The notes under the pieces are model-generated. The model was not told the origin of the DNA. It ran no database searches and saw only the letters and a program-made list of their open reading frames with translations. From contig DATJXY010000027.1 in the NCBI GenBank assembly GCA_035499855.1, positions 7,489 through 71,488 on the forward strand: DNA of 64,000 bases, written 5' to 3'. Shown piece by piece: positions 50,337 to 59,607 of this stretch. The position numbers and the translations under genes were made by a program. This DNA comes from Puia sp. Lineage in GTDB: Bacteria; Bacteroidota; Bacteroidia; Chitinophagales; Chitinophagaceae. Each line of letters opens with the position of its first letter. The first letter of the stretch is position 1.

Positions 50337-51335
50337 TTATAGATCTGCGGTTTTTAGTTTTCTTGGAATTTTCACTTCTACATCCTGGAGTTTACCTCCG
50401 CGGTTTAATTTTACTTTTACAGAAGGCTTGGTTTTTGCTGCACGCGCCAATTCAGCCAGCTGACCGGCTCCATTTACTTCCTTGCCATCAAACTGTGTAA
50501 TGATATCGCCTTCTTTAATCCCCGCTTTTTCAGCCGGAGATTCATCATCCACATCCAATACTTTGACTCCTTTACCATTTTCTGTATCCTGCGCTTTGAT
50601 ACCAATTTTTGGGCCGCTGGAATTCCAACTGAAAGCATAAGGACGAGGATAAGGAGCTCCCGGAGGAGGAACTACCAGGTCAAAATTCTCATTCATGTTG
50701 GGCATCTTAAAATTATAAGCCATATTCATTTGCATTTTGCCCAATGTGGCTGTGGATGTCTGGACTTTTCCATCTCTCTTATAAGTAATCACTATTTTAT
50801 CGTCGGGCTTATGTGAACGGACAGCCTTTGTGAGATCCTCAGGATCGTCAATTTGGGCATCATCAATTTTTGTGATAATATCTCCTTTTTTTAAACCGAT
50901 TTTTTCAGCTGCGCTTCCTTTTGTTACTTCCCGCACTTCCACTCCTCCATTATCAGATTTTTCAGAAGAAACCCCCAGAAAGGCAGTTTTGGAATCTACG
51001 AGCTCATCTCCGTTCCAACTATACCCGCCACGGAAAGGAGAGCGGGGTGCAAAAGCAAAAACATCTCCATCACCATCTTTTCTCCTGATGATTGAAAGAT
51101 TATCATCTTCAAACTCGTCAGCTGGTTTTCCATTGATCAGTAAATTACCATCTTTAATTTCGACAGTTATTTTGCTGTCTTTATCACCTTTTCTTTTAAT
51201 GATGATCTCATCTCCATTTTCCGTCTTGATCTTATCCTTGGTTTTACTATCCTTATCATCCTGGGCAAAACCTGGTGCATGCAGCAAAAGGATGATTGCT
51301 GCTAATCCTGAAATTCTTAGAAAATATTTTTTCAT
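50337..51335 (-). CDS. secreted tandem-PDZ protein without a protease domain
   Basis: Signal peptide; AFLGV...GSAAEKIGLKKGDII; KIGI...SPAEKAGIKEGDII. Confidence 0.85.
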   Translation of the reverse strand: MKKYFLRISGLAAIILLLHAPGFAQDDKDSKTKDKIKTENGDEIIIKRKGDKDSKITVEIKDGNLLINGKPADEFEDDNLSIIRRKDGDGDVFAFAPRSPFRGGYSWNGDELVDSKTAFLGVSSEKSDNGGVEVREVTKGSAAEKIGLKKGDIITKIDDAQIDDPEDLTKAVRSHKPDDKIVITYKRDGKVQTSTATLGKMQMNMAYNFKMPNMNENFDLVVPPPGAPYPRPYAFSWNSSGPKIGIKAQDTENGKGVKVLDVDDESPAEKAGIKEGDIITQFDGKEVNGAGQLAELARAAKTKPSVKVKLNRGGKLQDVEVKIPRKLKTADL

Positions 51336-51363
51336 TGTTTAAATTTTTAATGAAGTAGGTTAA

Positions 51364-51424
51364 CTACGTCAAGTTTCGTATTTCAAATATAGTGTTTTTT
51401 TTGAAATACGAAAAAATTCGTGAA
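51364..51424. promoter_or_regulatory. palindromic operator overlapping the PDZ-gene promoter
   Basis: Perfect 14-bp IR TTTCGTATTTCAAA / TTTGAAATACGAAA; TATATTTG -7 box on minus strand inside it. Confidence 0.5.
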
Positions 51425-51462
51425 ACTGTTTTTATATTTAACGGATTGTTAGGAATCAAGGG

Positions 51463-51544
51463 GATGGTTTGATGGTTAGATCGCCTGATAGCTGTAAAAT
51501 CCTATTCACAATCTAACCATCAAGCAATCAAACAATCAAACAAT
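51463..51544. repeat. periodic palindrome, octamer type (GATGGTTT)
   Basis: GATGGTTT GATGGTTA GATCGCCT GATAGCTG / ATCTAACC ATCAAGCA ATCAAACA ATCAAACA; 13-bp perfect IR. Confidence 0.85.
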
Positions 51545-54196
51545 TTATTCCAATAAAGATTTCACTTTTTCAATTGCCTCCCGAAGTTTGCCGGTATCCT
51601 GGCCTCCGGCTGTTGCCAGGGTTTTTTGTCCGCCGCCTCCTCCTTTAATGAGTGGAGCGATGTGTTCTTTAATAATTTTTGAAGCGTCCAGGTTTTTTGC
51701 AGCTGCCGTCTGATCATCAATCATTATAACAATGGCCGCTTTTCCTGAAATATCGGCTGTCAGTACTATAACATATTTTTTTAAATCTGTCCTTAGGTCA
51801 AAGCCAAGCTTCTTCAATGCATCGGCGCTGTTTACCTCAACCTGATCTCCAATAAAACTGATATCATGAACGGCTGATCCCTTTTGTAATAATTCATTCT
51901 TTAAGCCATTGAGCTGTTTTGCTTCAAGGGACTCGATCTTTTTTTTCAACTCATTATTTTCAGTGGCGATATTTTCTACCGACTTTAATATGTCTGCCGG
52001 ATTTTTTAAATATTCACGAATCGATCGGATAGAGGAAAATTGCTCCTGAACAAAATCTTCCGAAATTTTTCCGGCAACGGCTTCGATACGCCTGACACCG
52101 GCAGCCACAGCTGTTTCGTGTTTGATTTTAAAAAAGCCAATTTCTCCGGTAGCACCCACATGTGTCCCACCGCATAATTCAATTGAATATTTGGGATCAA
52201 TAATCACCACTCTTACTCTGTCTCCATATTTCTCCCCAAACAAGGCCATGGCTCCCATTCGGATAGCTTCATCCTTTGGCATCTCTTTAATAATGACAGG
52301 AATATTTTCTCTTATCTTCTCATTCACGAGCTGTTCAATCTTTTCCATTTCTTCCTCACCGACCTTTGCAAAGTGAGAAAAATCAAAACGAAGATGTTCA
52401 TCGTTTACCAATGATCCTTTTTGTGCTACATGATTTCCCAACACCTTTCTCAGAGCAGCATGCAACAAATGTGTGGCAGAATGATGGATGGCGATATTTT
52501 TCCTTTTGACCGAATCCACTTTTGCCCAGACATCTTCATCTATCAGCGCCGGAATTTTTTGAGTAAAATGAATTATAAGTTCATTTTCTTTTTTTGTATC
52601 CTGAACATCGATTACCTCATTGCCAAATTGAAGAGTGCCGGTATCCCCAACCTGTCCACCGCTCTCTGCATAAAATGGAGTTGTTTCCAATACAAGCTGG
52701 AAAGATTCTTTTCCCTTAGATTTTATTTTGCGGTATCGTGCTACCCTGGTTTTTGTTTCAAGATCAGTATATCCAATGAATTTAGTGGATCCATTTTTAT
52801 GGATTTCAACCCAGTCTTCAGTATCGATTACAGTTGCGGCCCGGGAACGTTGTTTTTGTTGTTGTAGTTCGATTTCAAAACCAGCTTCATCTACAGTTAA
52901 CCCCTTTTCTTTTGCAATTAAGCGGGTGAGATCAATAGGGAACCCATATGTATCATTTAATTCGAAAGCAATTTTGCCTGGAAGAATGAAAGCCTCTTTT
53001 TTCCCTTCTTGAAACATTTTTAATCCTTCTAGCGACATAAACATTTCAAATCGCAATAATCCCTTATCCAAGGTTTTTAAAAATGCATCTTCCTCTTCCT
53101 TGATGACTTTACTAATAAATCCAGACTGTATCTTCAATTCAGGAAACACATTTTCAAATTGGTGCGCAAGCAATAAGGTTAATTGATACAATAATGGTTG
53201 TTTGTAATCTAGATACGAATAATAATATCGAACAGCTCTTCTTAAAATTCTTCGTATCACATAACCGGCACCAGTATTCGAAGGAAGCTGGCCATCTGAG
53301 ATAGTAAATGCAATCGCACGGATATGATCGGCAATTACCCTGAAGGCGATTGCTTCTTTGCTATCGCTATAATCATATTTTCTTCCGGTGATTTTTTCGA
53401 CTTCGGAAATTGTTCCGGTAAATACATCAGTATCGTAGTTACTCTGCTTACCTTGTAACACACGGACCAATCTTTCAAAACCCATTCCGGTATCAACATG
53501 CTTGGCGGGTAATGGTTCCAGCGTTCCGTCTTTGAGCCTGTTAAACTGAATAAACACAACATTCCAAAGTTCAATAACCTGTGGATGATCTGCATTTACA
53601 AGAGATTTTCCATCTGTTTTTTTCCTTTCTTCATCCGTCCTGCAATCAATATGAATTTCAGTGCAGGGTCCGCAGGGACCGGTATCTCCCATTTCCCAGA
53701 AAGTATTCTTCTTGTTCCCCATAATGATCCTGTCTTCATCAATCCATTCCTTCCATTCTTTAATTGCTTCATTATCCCTGGGCAGTTTTTCACTGGTATC
53801 TCCTTCAAAAACGGTTACATATAAGCGCTCTTTATCGATTTTGTAAATCCCCGTTACCAGTTCCCAGGCCCATGCAATGGCTTCCTTCTTAAAATAATCT
53901 CCAAAACTCCAGTTGCCCAGCATTTCAAACATGGTATGATGATAAGTATCCACTCCAACTTCTTCCAGGTCATTGTGCTTACCGCTGACCCGCAGGCATT
54001 TCTGAGTATCGGCTACCCGTACATGTTGGGGCTTCTGGTTACCCAGGAAATAATCCTTGAACTGGTTCATGCCAGCATTTGTAAACAAAAGGGTCGGGTC
54101 ATTTTTTACCACAATGGGTGCAGAAGGAACAATCGTATGACCTTTCGATTCGAAGAATTCCAGGAATTTTTTTCTTATTTCAGCACTGCTCATCAT
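51545..54196 (-). CDS. alaS: alanine--tRNA ligase
   Basis: LLFTNAGMNQFK, HHTMFEMLGNWSFGDYFK, HSATHLLH, ELCGGTH. Confidence 0.98.
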   Translation of the reverse strand: MMSSAEIRKKFLEFFESKGHTIVPSAPIVVKNDPTLLFTNAGMNQFKDYFLGNQKPQHVRVADTQKCLRVSGKHNDLEEVGVDTYHHTMFEMLGNWSFGDYFKKEAIAWAWELVTGIYKIDKERLYVTVFEGDTSEKLPRDNEAIKEWKEWIDEDRIIMGNKKNTFWEMGDTGPCGPCTEIHIDCRTDEERKKTDGKSLVNADHPQVIELWNVVFIQFNRLKDGTLEPLPAKHVDTGMGFERLVRVLQGKQSNYDTDVFTGTISEVEKITGRKYDYSDSKEAIAFRVIADHIRAIAFTISDGQLPSNTGAGYVIRRILRRAVRYYYSYLDYKQPLLYQLTLLLAHQFENVFPELKIQSGFISKVIKEEEDAFLKTLDKGLLRFEMFMSLEGLKMFQEGKKEAFILPGKIAFELNDTYGFPIDLTRLIAKEKGLTVDEAGFEIELQQQKQRSRAATVIDTEDWVEIHKNGSTKFIGYTDLETKTRVARYRKIKSKGKESFQLVLETTPFYAESGGQVGDTGTLQFGNEVIDVQDTKKENELIIHFTQKIPALIDEDVWAKVDSVKRKNIAIHHSATHLLHAALRKVLGNHVAQKGSLVNDEHLRFDFSHFAKVGEEEMEKIEQLVNEKIRENIPVIIKEMPKDEAIRMGAMALFGEKYGDRVRVVIIDPKYSIELCGGTHVGATGEIGFFKIKHETAVAAGVRRIEAVAGKISEDFVQEQFSSIRSIREYLKNPADILKSVENIATENNELKKKIESLEAKQLNGLKNELLQKGSAVHDISFIGDQVEVNSADALKKLGFDLRTDLKKYVIVLTADISGKAAIVIMIDDQTAAAKNLDASKIIKEHIAPLIKGGGGGQKTLATAGGQDTGKLREAIEKVKSLLE

Positions 54197-54332
54197 AATT
54201 TATCTGAATAATCTTTGACAATATTTAATTAGGTTAGCATAATAATTTGTACACTTGCGTGTTTATTAAGGCGTTGCAAAGGTACACGAAATCATCCTGT
54301 TTGTCAGGAGAAGCCTTAAGCCAGCTTGAATC

Positions 54333-55304
54333 ATGAAAAAGATCAAGTATTACTATAATACCAATACGCTCCGATATGAAAAACTGGAGACTCCTTTACG
54401 CGTTATCTTATTACGCATACTTGGATTCTTTTCGGCTTCAATCGTTACAGCCCTCATTCTTGTTTCCATAGCTTACAGGTATTTCCCCTCTGCCAATGAA
54501 AAAAGACTTCTCCAGAGAAATGAAGCTTTGAAAGATAATTATTTTGTATTGAATGAAAAGGTAAAAAAACTTCAGGAACAGATCGGTGACCTCGAAAAAA
54601 GAGATAACGATGTTTACAGAGCCATTTTTGAAGCGAATCCTATTCCAGACAGCGCAAGGGCCAAAGCCCTGGCACAGGAACAGGAAGTTCAACTGGTACA
54701 AAGTATGGACCAGGATAACCTGGCAACATCTATTGCAACAACCCTCAATAATCTGACCGCCCGCATTAATTATCAAACCAAATCTTATAATGATATCAAT
54801 GGCTTTATAAAAAATAAAGAACAGCTGCTTGCATGTACACCAGCTATTCAACCTGTCAGCAATAAGGACCTCAAACGCATCGCTTCGGGTTTTGGATATC
54901 GTATCGATCCGGTATACAAAACAACCAAATTTCATGCAGGTCTTGATTTTGCAGCTCCCCTCGGCACACCTATTTATGCTACAGCCAACGGAACGGTTGA
55001 AATAGCCGGTAATACAGGCAATGGCTATGGTAATCATGTGGTCATTAATAACGGTTATGGTTATTCTACATTATTCGGACATATGTTCCGAGTTAAAGTA
55101 AAACCAGGACAAAAAGTGAAAAGGGGAGAAATTATCGGATGGGTTGGTAATACAGGTAAGAGTACCGGCCCCCACTGCCATTATGAAGTTCACCGCAATG
55201 GGGAACCTGTTGATCCGGTTTATTACTTTTATAATGATATTACGCCTGAACAATACGACAGGCTTTTAAAGCTGGCTTCTTCGAGTAACCAGAGCTTTGA
55301 TTAA
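54333..55304 (+). CDS. M23 family metallopeptidase
   Basis: HAGLDF, GYGNHV, HMF (HxH region), STGPHCHYEV. Confidence 0.93.
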   Translation: MKKIKYYYNTNTLRYEKLETPLRVILLRILGFFSASIVTALILVSIAYRYFPSANEKRLLQRNEALKDNYFVLNEKVKKLQEQIGDLEKRDNDVYRAIFEANPIPDSARAKALAQEQEVQLVQSMDQDNLATSIATTLNNLTARINYQTKSYNDINGFIKNKEQLLACTPAIQPVSNKDLKRIASGFGYRIDPVYKTTKFHAGLDFAAPLGTPIYATANGTVEIAGNTGNGYGNHVVINNGYGYSTLFGHMFRVKVKPGQKVKRGEIIGWVGNTGKSTGPHCHYEVHRNGEPVDPVYYFYNDITPEQYDRLLKLASSSNQSFD

Positions 55305-55307
55305 GAA

Positions 55308-55388
55308 GTTGACAGATGAAAGGTTACAATAACAAATTATCATGAGTATTGTAAATAAAGTCTGTCATCTGTCAACCGTCATCTATTA
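55308..55388. repeat. periodic palindrome, heptamer type (GATGACA)
   Basis: GTTGACA GATGAAA GGTTACA / TCTGTCA TCTGTCA ACCGTCA TCTATTA; 12-bp perfect IR. Confidence 0.8.
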
Positions 55389-55484
55389 TACGCCAACTAA
55401 TTTTTCCACTTTTTCTATAAGACTCCATTTAACAATTGTATCTTTAACGAACGGAACAGTTTTTGTAACTGAATTCCCAGGAAT

Positions 55485-56057
55485 ATGAAAACATTCTCCC
55501 AGATTACAATGGATTTTGCCAGTAACACCAATCTCAAAGAGCAGCCAGATGCAATTCCCACATGGGAAGACCAACCGGTGAATGTGGGAATCAGAATTAA
55601 AAAACTAAAACAGCCTCTTGCAGAAGAAAATCCGGAATCATTCACTGAAAAAAAAGGAAAAAAGAAATCTACACGCGGCCGTAAATCCATCAAACAGGTA
55701 GCGGAAGAAGCCGACCTGATCGATATCCCTGAGGATGAGGTTTTATTCAGCAAGCAATATTACACTATGGGAGAAGTCGCCGGCATGTTTCGTGTCAATC
55801 AATCCCTGCTTCGCTTTTGGGAAGCCGAATTCAGCATTCTTCAGCCAAAGAAAAATAAAAAAGGAGATCGTTATTTTCGTCCCATCGATATCAAAAATCT
55901 CCATCTCATCTATCACCTGCTGCGACAACGGAAATACACTATTGAAGGAGCAAAAGATTTTCTGAAAAAAAATAAAAAAACGCAAGAGAAATTTGAGACG
56001 ATAAGAAAATTAGAGCAGATCAAATCTTTTCTCCTTGAACTAAAAGCACAGCTCTGA
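55485..56057 (+). CDS. MerR family transcriptional regulator
   Basis: YYTMGEVAGMFRVNQSLLRFWEAEF...GDRYF...YTIEGAK. Confidence 0.9.
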   Translation: MKTFSQITMDFASNTNLKEQPDAIPTWEDQPVNVGIRIKKLKQPLAEENPESFTEKKGKKKSTRGRKSIKQVAEEADLIDIPEDEVLFSKQYYTMGEVAGMFRVNQSLLRFWEAEFSILQPKKNKKGDRYFRPIDIKNLHLIYHLLRQRKYTIEGAKDFLKKNKKTQEKFETIRKLEQIKSFLLELKAQL

Positions 56058-56059
56058 AG

Positions 56060-57163
56060 TCATTTACTCCCCGGTTGAGGAGAGCCTAGAATATTTATAT
56101 CTGTACTTGCCCCGGCAATCTGGATCTTCAATTGTTGCATCAGTGTGAGAATTTTAAGGTGTATCTCCTGTTTGGCTTGATTGAATTCATCAATTCCGAT
56201 TGGTGCTGTAAAATAGTCAGCATTGATCAGATAGGCACTTCCGGTTATATCATTCAAAAAAACTGTTGGATTTTCAATGATATCCCTGTTTAATATTTTT
56301 TTTATTCCTTCAACTAATTCATTGAGTTGGCTGGGAGTTGTTGATAGTCCGATCTGTAATCTTATTTCTGCTTTTCTTTGCGTGCGCAGAGTCTGATTAT
56401 CGACTATGCTATCCACCATTTGTTTGTTGGGAACTGTAACAAAGGTTTTTAAATCGGTACGTATCCGGGTACTGCGCAATCCTATTTTTTCCACGGTACC
56501 AGTAATGCTGTTCACCTTCAGCAAATCGCCCACTGTGAAGGGTTTATCGAAAAAAATTATAAAAGATGCTATCAGGTTTTCAATACTTTCCTTGGCAGCA
56601 AGGGCCAATGCAGCTCCTGCAATTCCTAAGCTTGTCCAGAACTTGCTGACTTCGAATCCAAAGCCAAAACCAAGGATCATTAAAATGCCGATGATGGCAA
56701 TGATAACTTTCAGGAAGTCCCTGAAAAAAACGACCAGCTGATGATCCTTCATATCACCTGCAGCACTGGTTCTTTGTCTTAATATGACGGCAATAAAATC
56801 AATTGCCCGAAGCAACACCCAAATAAAAACACAGATTAATATGATTTTTGCGATTGAGTGAACGATCGTTTTGGATGAAACCTCATAGATATCGAAATTG
56901 AATTCGTCGGGAAAATGAAGTTTGTCCAATGATGCGATCGTAATGAATACAAGAAGAAATGTTTCCAGTGGACCAATCAGTAATTTCACGAATGAATCTT
57001 TATCGAGACCGGTTCCTAATGTACTTGCTGCCTTGTAAAGCAATTTGGCAATGAATTTCGAAATCACTCTCTTAAACACAAGCCCTATCAGGATAGCTAT
57101 AGCTACAAATAAATATTTTCTAAGAGTGTTACTTAGAATAATCTGGCTCCAAAAATCATTCAT
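56060..57163 (-). CDS. MscS family mechanosensitive channel
   Basis: LGIAGAALALAAKESIENL...DKPFTVGD...GTVEKIGLRSTRIRT. Confidence 0.92.
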   Translation of the reverse strand: MNDFWSQIILSNTLRKYLFVAIAILIGLVFKRVISKFIAKLLYKAASTLGTGLDKDSFVKLLIGPLETFLLVFITIASLDKLHFPDEFNFDIYEVSSKTIVHSIAKIILICVFIWVLLRAIDFIAVILRQRTSAAGDMKDHQLVVFFRDFLKVIIAIIGILMILGFGFGFEVSKFWTSLGIAGAALALAAKESIENLIASFIIFFDKPFTVGDLLKVNSITGTVEKIGLRSTRIRTDLKTFVTVPNKQMVDSIVDNQTLRTQRKAEIRLQIGLSTTPSQLNELVEGIKKILNRDIIENPTVFLNDITGSAYLINADYFTAPIGIDEFNQAKQEIHLKILTLMQQLKIQIAGASTDINILGSPQPGSK

Positions 57164-57281
57164 AGAATTATCTGCTGTTGGAAATCCAAATTTATTATAA
57201 TTAGGCTAAGGTTTTTCCAAATAATTCAGGGCCTTTCATTTTATAAAAAGAAATGCTAATTAATGATAAAAAATTCCCCAA

Positions 57282-58103
57282 TCAGCGTTTAGAATATATT
57301 TCGAGATCTGATTGCTTCAACACATAAATAGTAACAGGCGTAATGATGATCTTAACTGCGGGAAGATAAGAATCCGGTATAGGTTGTCGTTCTATGGGCA
57401 TAGTCGGGTTATTCCATTGATATTTGAGAAAATTATGAAGGTCCCTTCCTAATAATTTTTTTTCGATCACAGTAAAATCCTGCCATCCTTCCAAAGGAAT
57501 ATATTTTTGAAATGCACCATAATAATCAAAAATATATACACCTCTTGCGGAATCATATAAATATACCAATCCACTCTGATCCGTAATAAAAGTCGGATCC
57601 GGCACCGGATTTACAAACTGACGGATATCTGTTGTTTCATTGACAAGTGATCCGTCATCAGCGACACGTTTGAGTTTTGCTTCCTGTTCATCATATACCC
57701 ATACTGTATTATCATACGCAAGGCCAATGGCTTTTGCCTGGAAAATATTTAAACTGCGCAGGTCGATTGTATTAATAATATTCAGAAACCTGTCAACCTC
57801 TACAATGGTCGAGAACTCTCTATAATACAATAAAACTTTTAATGGATTGGTTACATCCATCGAATATATATTACCATAGCGGCGCACATCGTTATATACT
57901 GCAAGTGAATCGCCTTTAGCGCTTATCTTTTTCAACTGCCCCCCCGAAGAGAGCAGGTAAATATTGCCGAGATTATCGACGGAAAAATTCACAATATCAG
58001 CCTGAATGATTTTTGTCTGAACAAAACCAGAGTCCTGTTGCGCCTGAACAAAGTATCCCGTCAACAAAAGAAATAATATGAGATATTGACGGAATCTTTT
58101 CAT
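57282..58103 (-). CDS. conserved secreted hypothetical protein (beta-propeller-like)
   Basis: Signal peptide; FSVDNLGNIY; DVTNPLKVLLYY. Confidence 0.7.
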   Translation of the reverse strand: MKRFRQYLILFLLLTGYFVQAQQDSGFVQTKIIQADIVNFSVDNLGNIYLLSSGGQLKKISAKGDSLAVYNDVRRYGNIYSMDVTNPLKVLLYYREFSTIVEVDRFLNIINTIDLRSLNIFQAKAIGLAYDNTVWVYDEQEAKLKRVADDGSLVNETTDIRQFVNPVPDPTFITDQSGLVYLYDSARGVYIFDYYGAFQKYIPLEGWQDFTVIEKKLLGRDLHNFLKYQWNNPTMPIERQPIPDSYLPAVKIIITPVTIYVLKQSDLEIYSKR

Positions 58104-58885
58104 TTTTTTACAATCTTATCTTTCATTTCTGGTAAAATGGATTTGAGCAAAAGATCACCATCACTGAATTCTGCGTAAGTATAATAACGGATCCAGTCAC
58201 CTAAATTGATATAGCGGCTTCCATTTTCGAATAAAAAATCAATCGGCAAATGCCGGTGCCCAAAAATAAAATAATCGAAATATTCTTTTTGCAGAACTTC
58301 TTTGCAATAAATCAGCAGCCATTCTTTGTCTTCTCCTAAAAAATGCTCATCTGTTTGCCCGGTGACTGCCCTGCTTTTCCGGCTGAAATAATTAGCCAGT
58401 CCTACTCCGGCAACCGGTGGCAATATCCCAAATAACCATTGACAAAACTTATTACGGAAAATTTTTTTTATGAATTTGTATCCTTGATCGCCGGGACCCA
58501 ACCCATCCCCATGGCCGATCAGAAATTTTTTTCCCTGCCTTTCAAATTGTTTAGGTTCGTGATATACAGGTATATTCAATTCTTCCTCAAAATATCCTTT
58601 CATCCACATATCATGATTACCTACAAAAAAATGGATGGGTATTTTTAAATCGGTTATTTCAGCCAGTTTACCGAGAATACGGGTGTACCCTTTAGGCACG
58701 ACTGTTTTATATTCATACCAGAAATCAAAAAGGTCACCAACAATAAAAATTTCTGCAGCATCTTCTTTTATCTCCTCCAGGAAATGAACAATGCGTTTTT
58801 CCCTTTCAAGGCTGGAAGCATGGCTAGGGGCGCCCAGATGAAAATCAGACAAAAAATATATTTTCTTCCCTATGGGAATTTGCAT
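58100..58885 (-). CDS. lpxH: UDP-2,3-diacylglucosamine diphosphatase (LpxH-like)
   Basis: FLSDFHLG, GDLFDFW, GNHDMW, GHGDG, FGHRH, NLGDW. Confidence 0.85.
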   Translation of the reverse strand: MQIPIGKKIYFLSDFHLGAPSHASSLEREKRIVHFLEEIKEDAAEIFIVGDLFDFWYEYKTVVPKGYTRILGKLAEITDLKIPIHFFVGNHDMWMKGYFEEELNIPVYHEPKQFERQGKKFLIGHGDGLGPGDQGYKFIKKIFRNKFCQWLFGILPPVAGVGLANYFSRKSRAVTGQTDEHFLGEDKEWLLIYCKEVLQKEYFDYFIFGHRHLPIDFLFENGSRYINLGDWIRYYTYAEFSDGDLLLKSILPEMKDKIVKK

Positions 58886-58902
58886 CTTCAAATATAAATA
58901 TT

Positions 58903-58962
58903 AAGGACAAGGGACAAAATGCAATTTCCTCTTTGAACTTTGACCTTTGTCCCTTGCACTTT
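58903..58962. repeat. periodic palindrome, heptamer type (GTCAAAG)
   Basis: CAAGGGACAAA (58908-58918) / TTTGTCCCTTG (58946-58956); CTTTGAA CTTTGAC CTTTGTC CCTTGCA array. Confidence 0.8.
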
Positions 58963-59603
58963 TAAGTATCCTGATCCACCAAAAAAACATACACTTCTTT
59001 TGGTCCGTGCACACCGACAACCAGGGTTTTTTCGATATCAGCCGTCCGGCTCGGGCCTGTAGCAAACGTAATGAGTGAAGGATAATGGTCCTGATATTTT
59101 TCTTTTAATATCTGCAAACCATCCCTGATATCGTAAACTAACTGTTTTGTGTAAGCGATGCAAATATGCACCGGGGCGTATACGCTGGTGGTTCTTCCGC
59201 TTTGTTGGGCAGAACTCATAATAATACTTCCGGTCCTCGCAATCAATAATTCGCACGACGTTATTGCTGCATCACAGTTGGAAAGACCTTCTTCTGAAAA
59301 AAGATCAAAATGATGTTCGAGTAAAACTGACTGCAGTTTTTTTTCCCTGCAAAAAATATTTTTATATGACAAATGGTTGATCAGGCCCTGCAATTGCGCC
59401 ACCAATTCCTGATGATTCACGCAAAAAATAAATTTCCCCTGAAGTTTTGTAAACTGTTCGGCAAATTCAACTTCCAGTTCCTGTCTCGAAGGATGAAACA
59501 CGGAACTATTCCCTTCACTTTGCGGAAAAGGAAGAGGCGTTGAATGACTCAACGCCTGCCTTATTTTTTTGAGAATATTTTCCTTTGCCGGTGATATTTT
59601 CAT
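58962..59603 (-). CDS. LUD domain protein (LutC/YkgG-like)
   Basis: LIARTGSIIMSS, FATGPSRTADIEKTLVVGVHGPKEV. Confidence 0.9.
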   Translation of the reverse strand: MKISPAKENILKKIRQALSHSTPLPFPQSEGNSSVFHPSRQELEVEFAEQFTKLQGKFIFCVNHQELVAQLQGLINHLSYKNIFCREKKLQSVLLEHHFDLFSEEGLSNCDAAITSCELLIARTGSIIMSSAQQSGRTTSVYAPVHICIAYTKQLVYDIRDGLQILKEKYQDHYPSLITFATGPSRTADIEKTLVVGVHGPKEVYVFLVDQDT

Positions 59604-59607
59604 TTCA

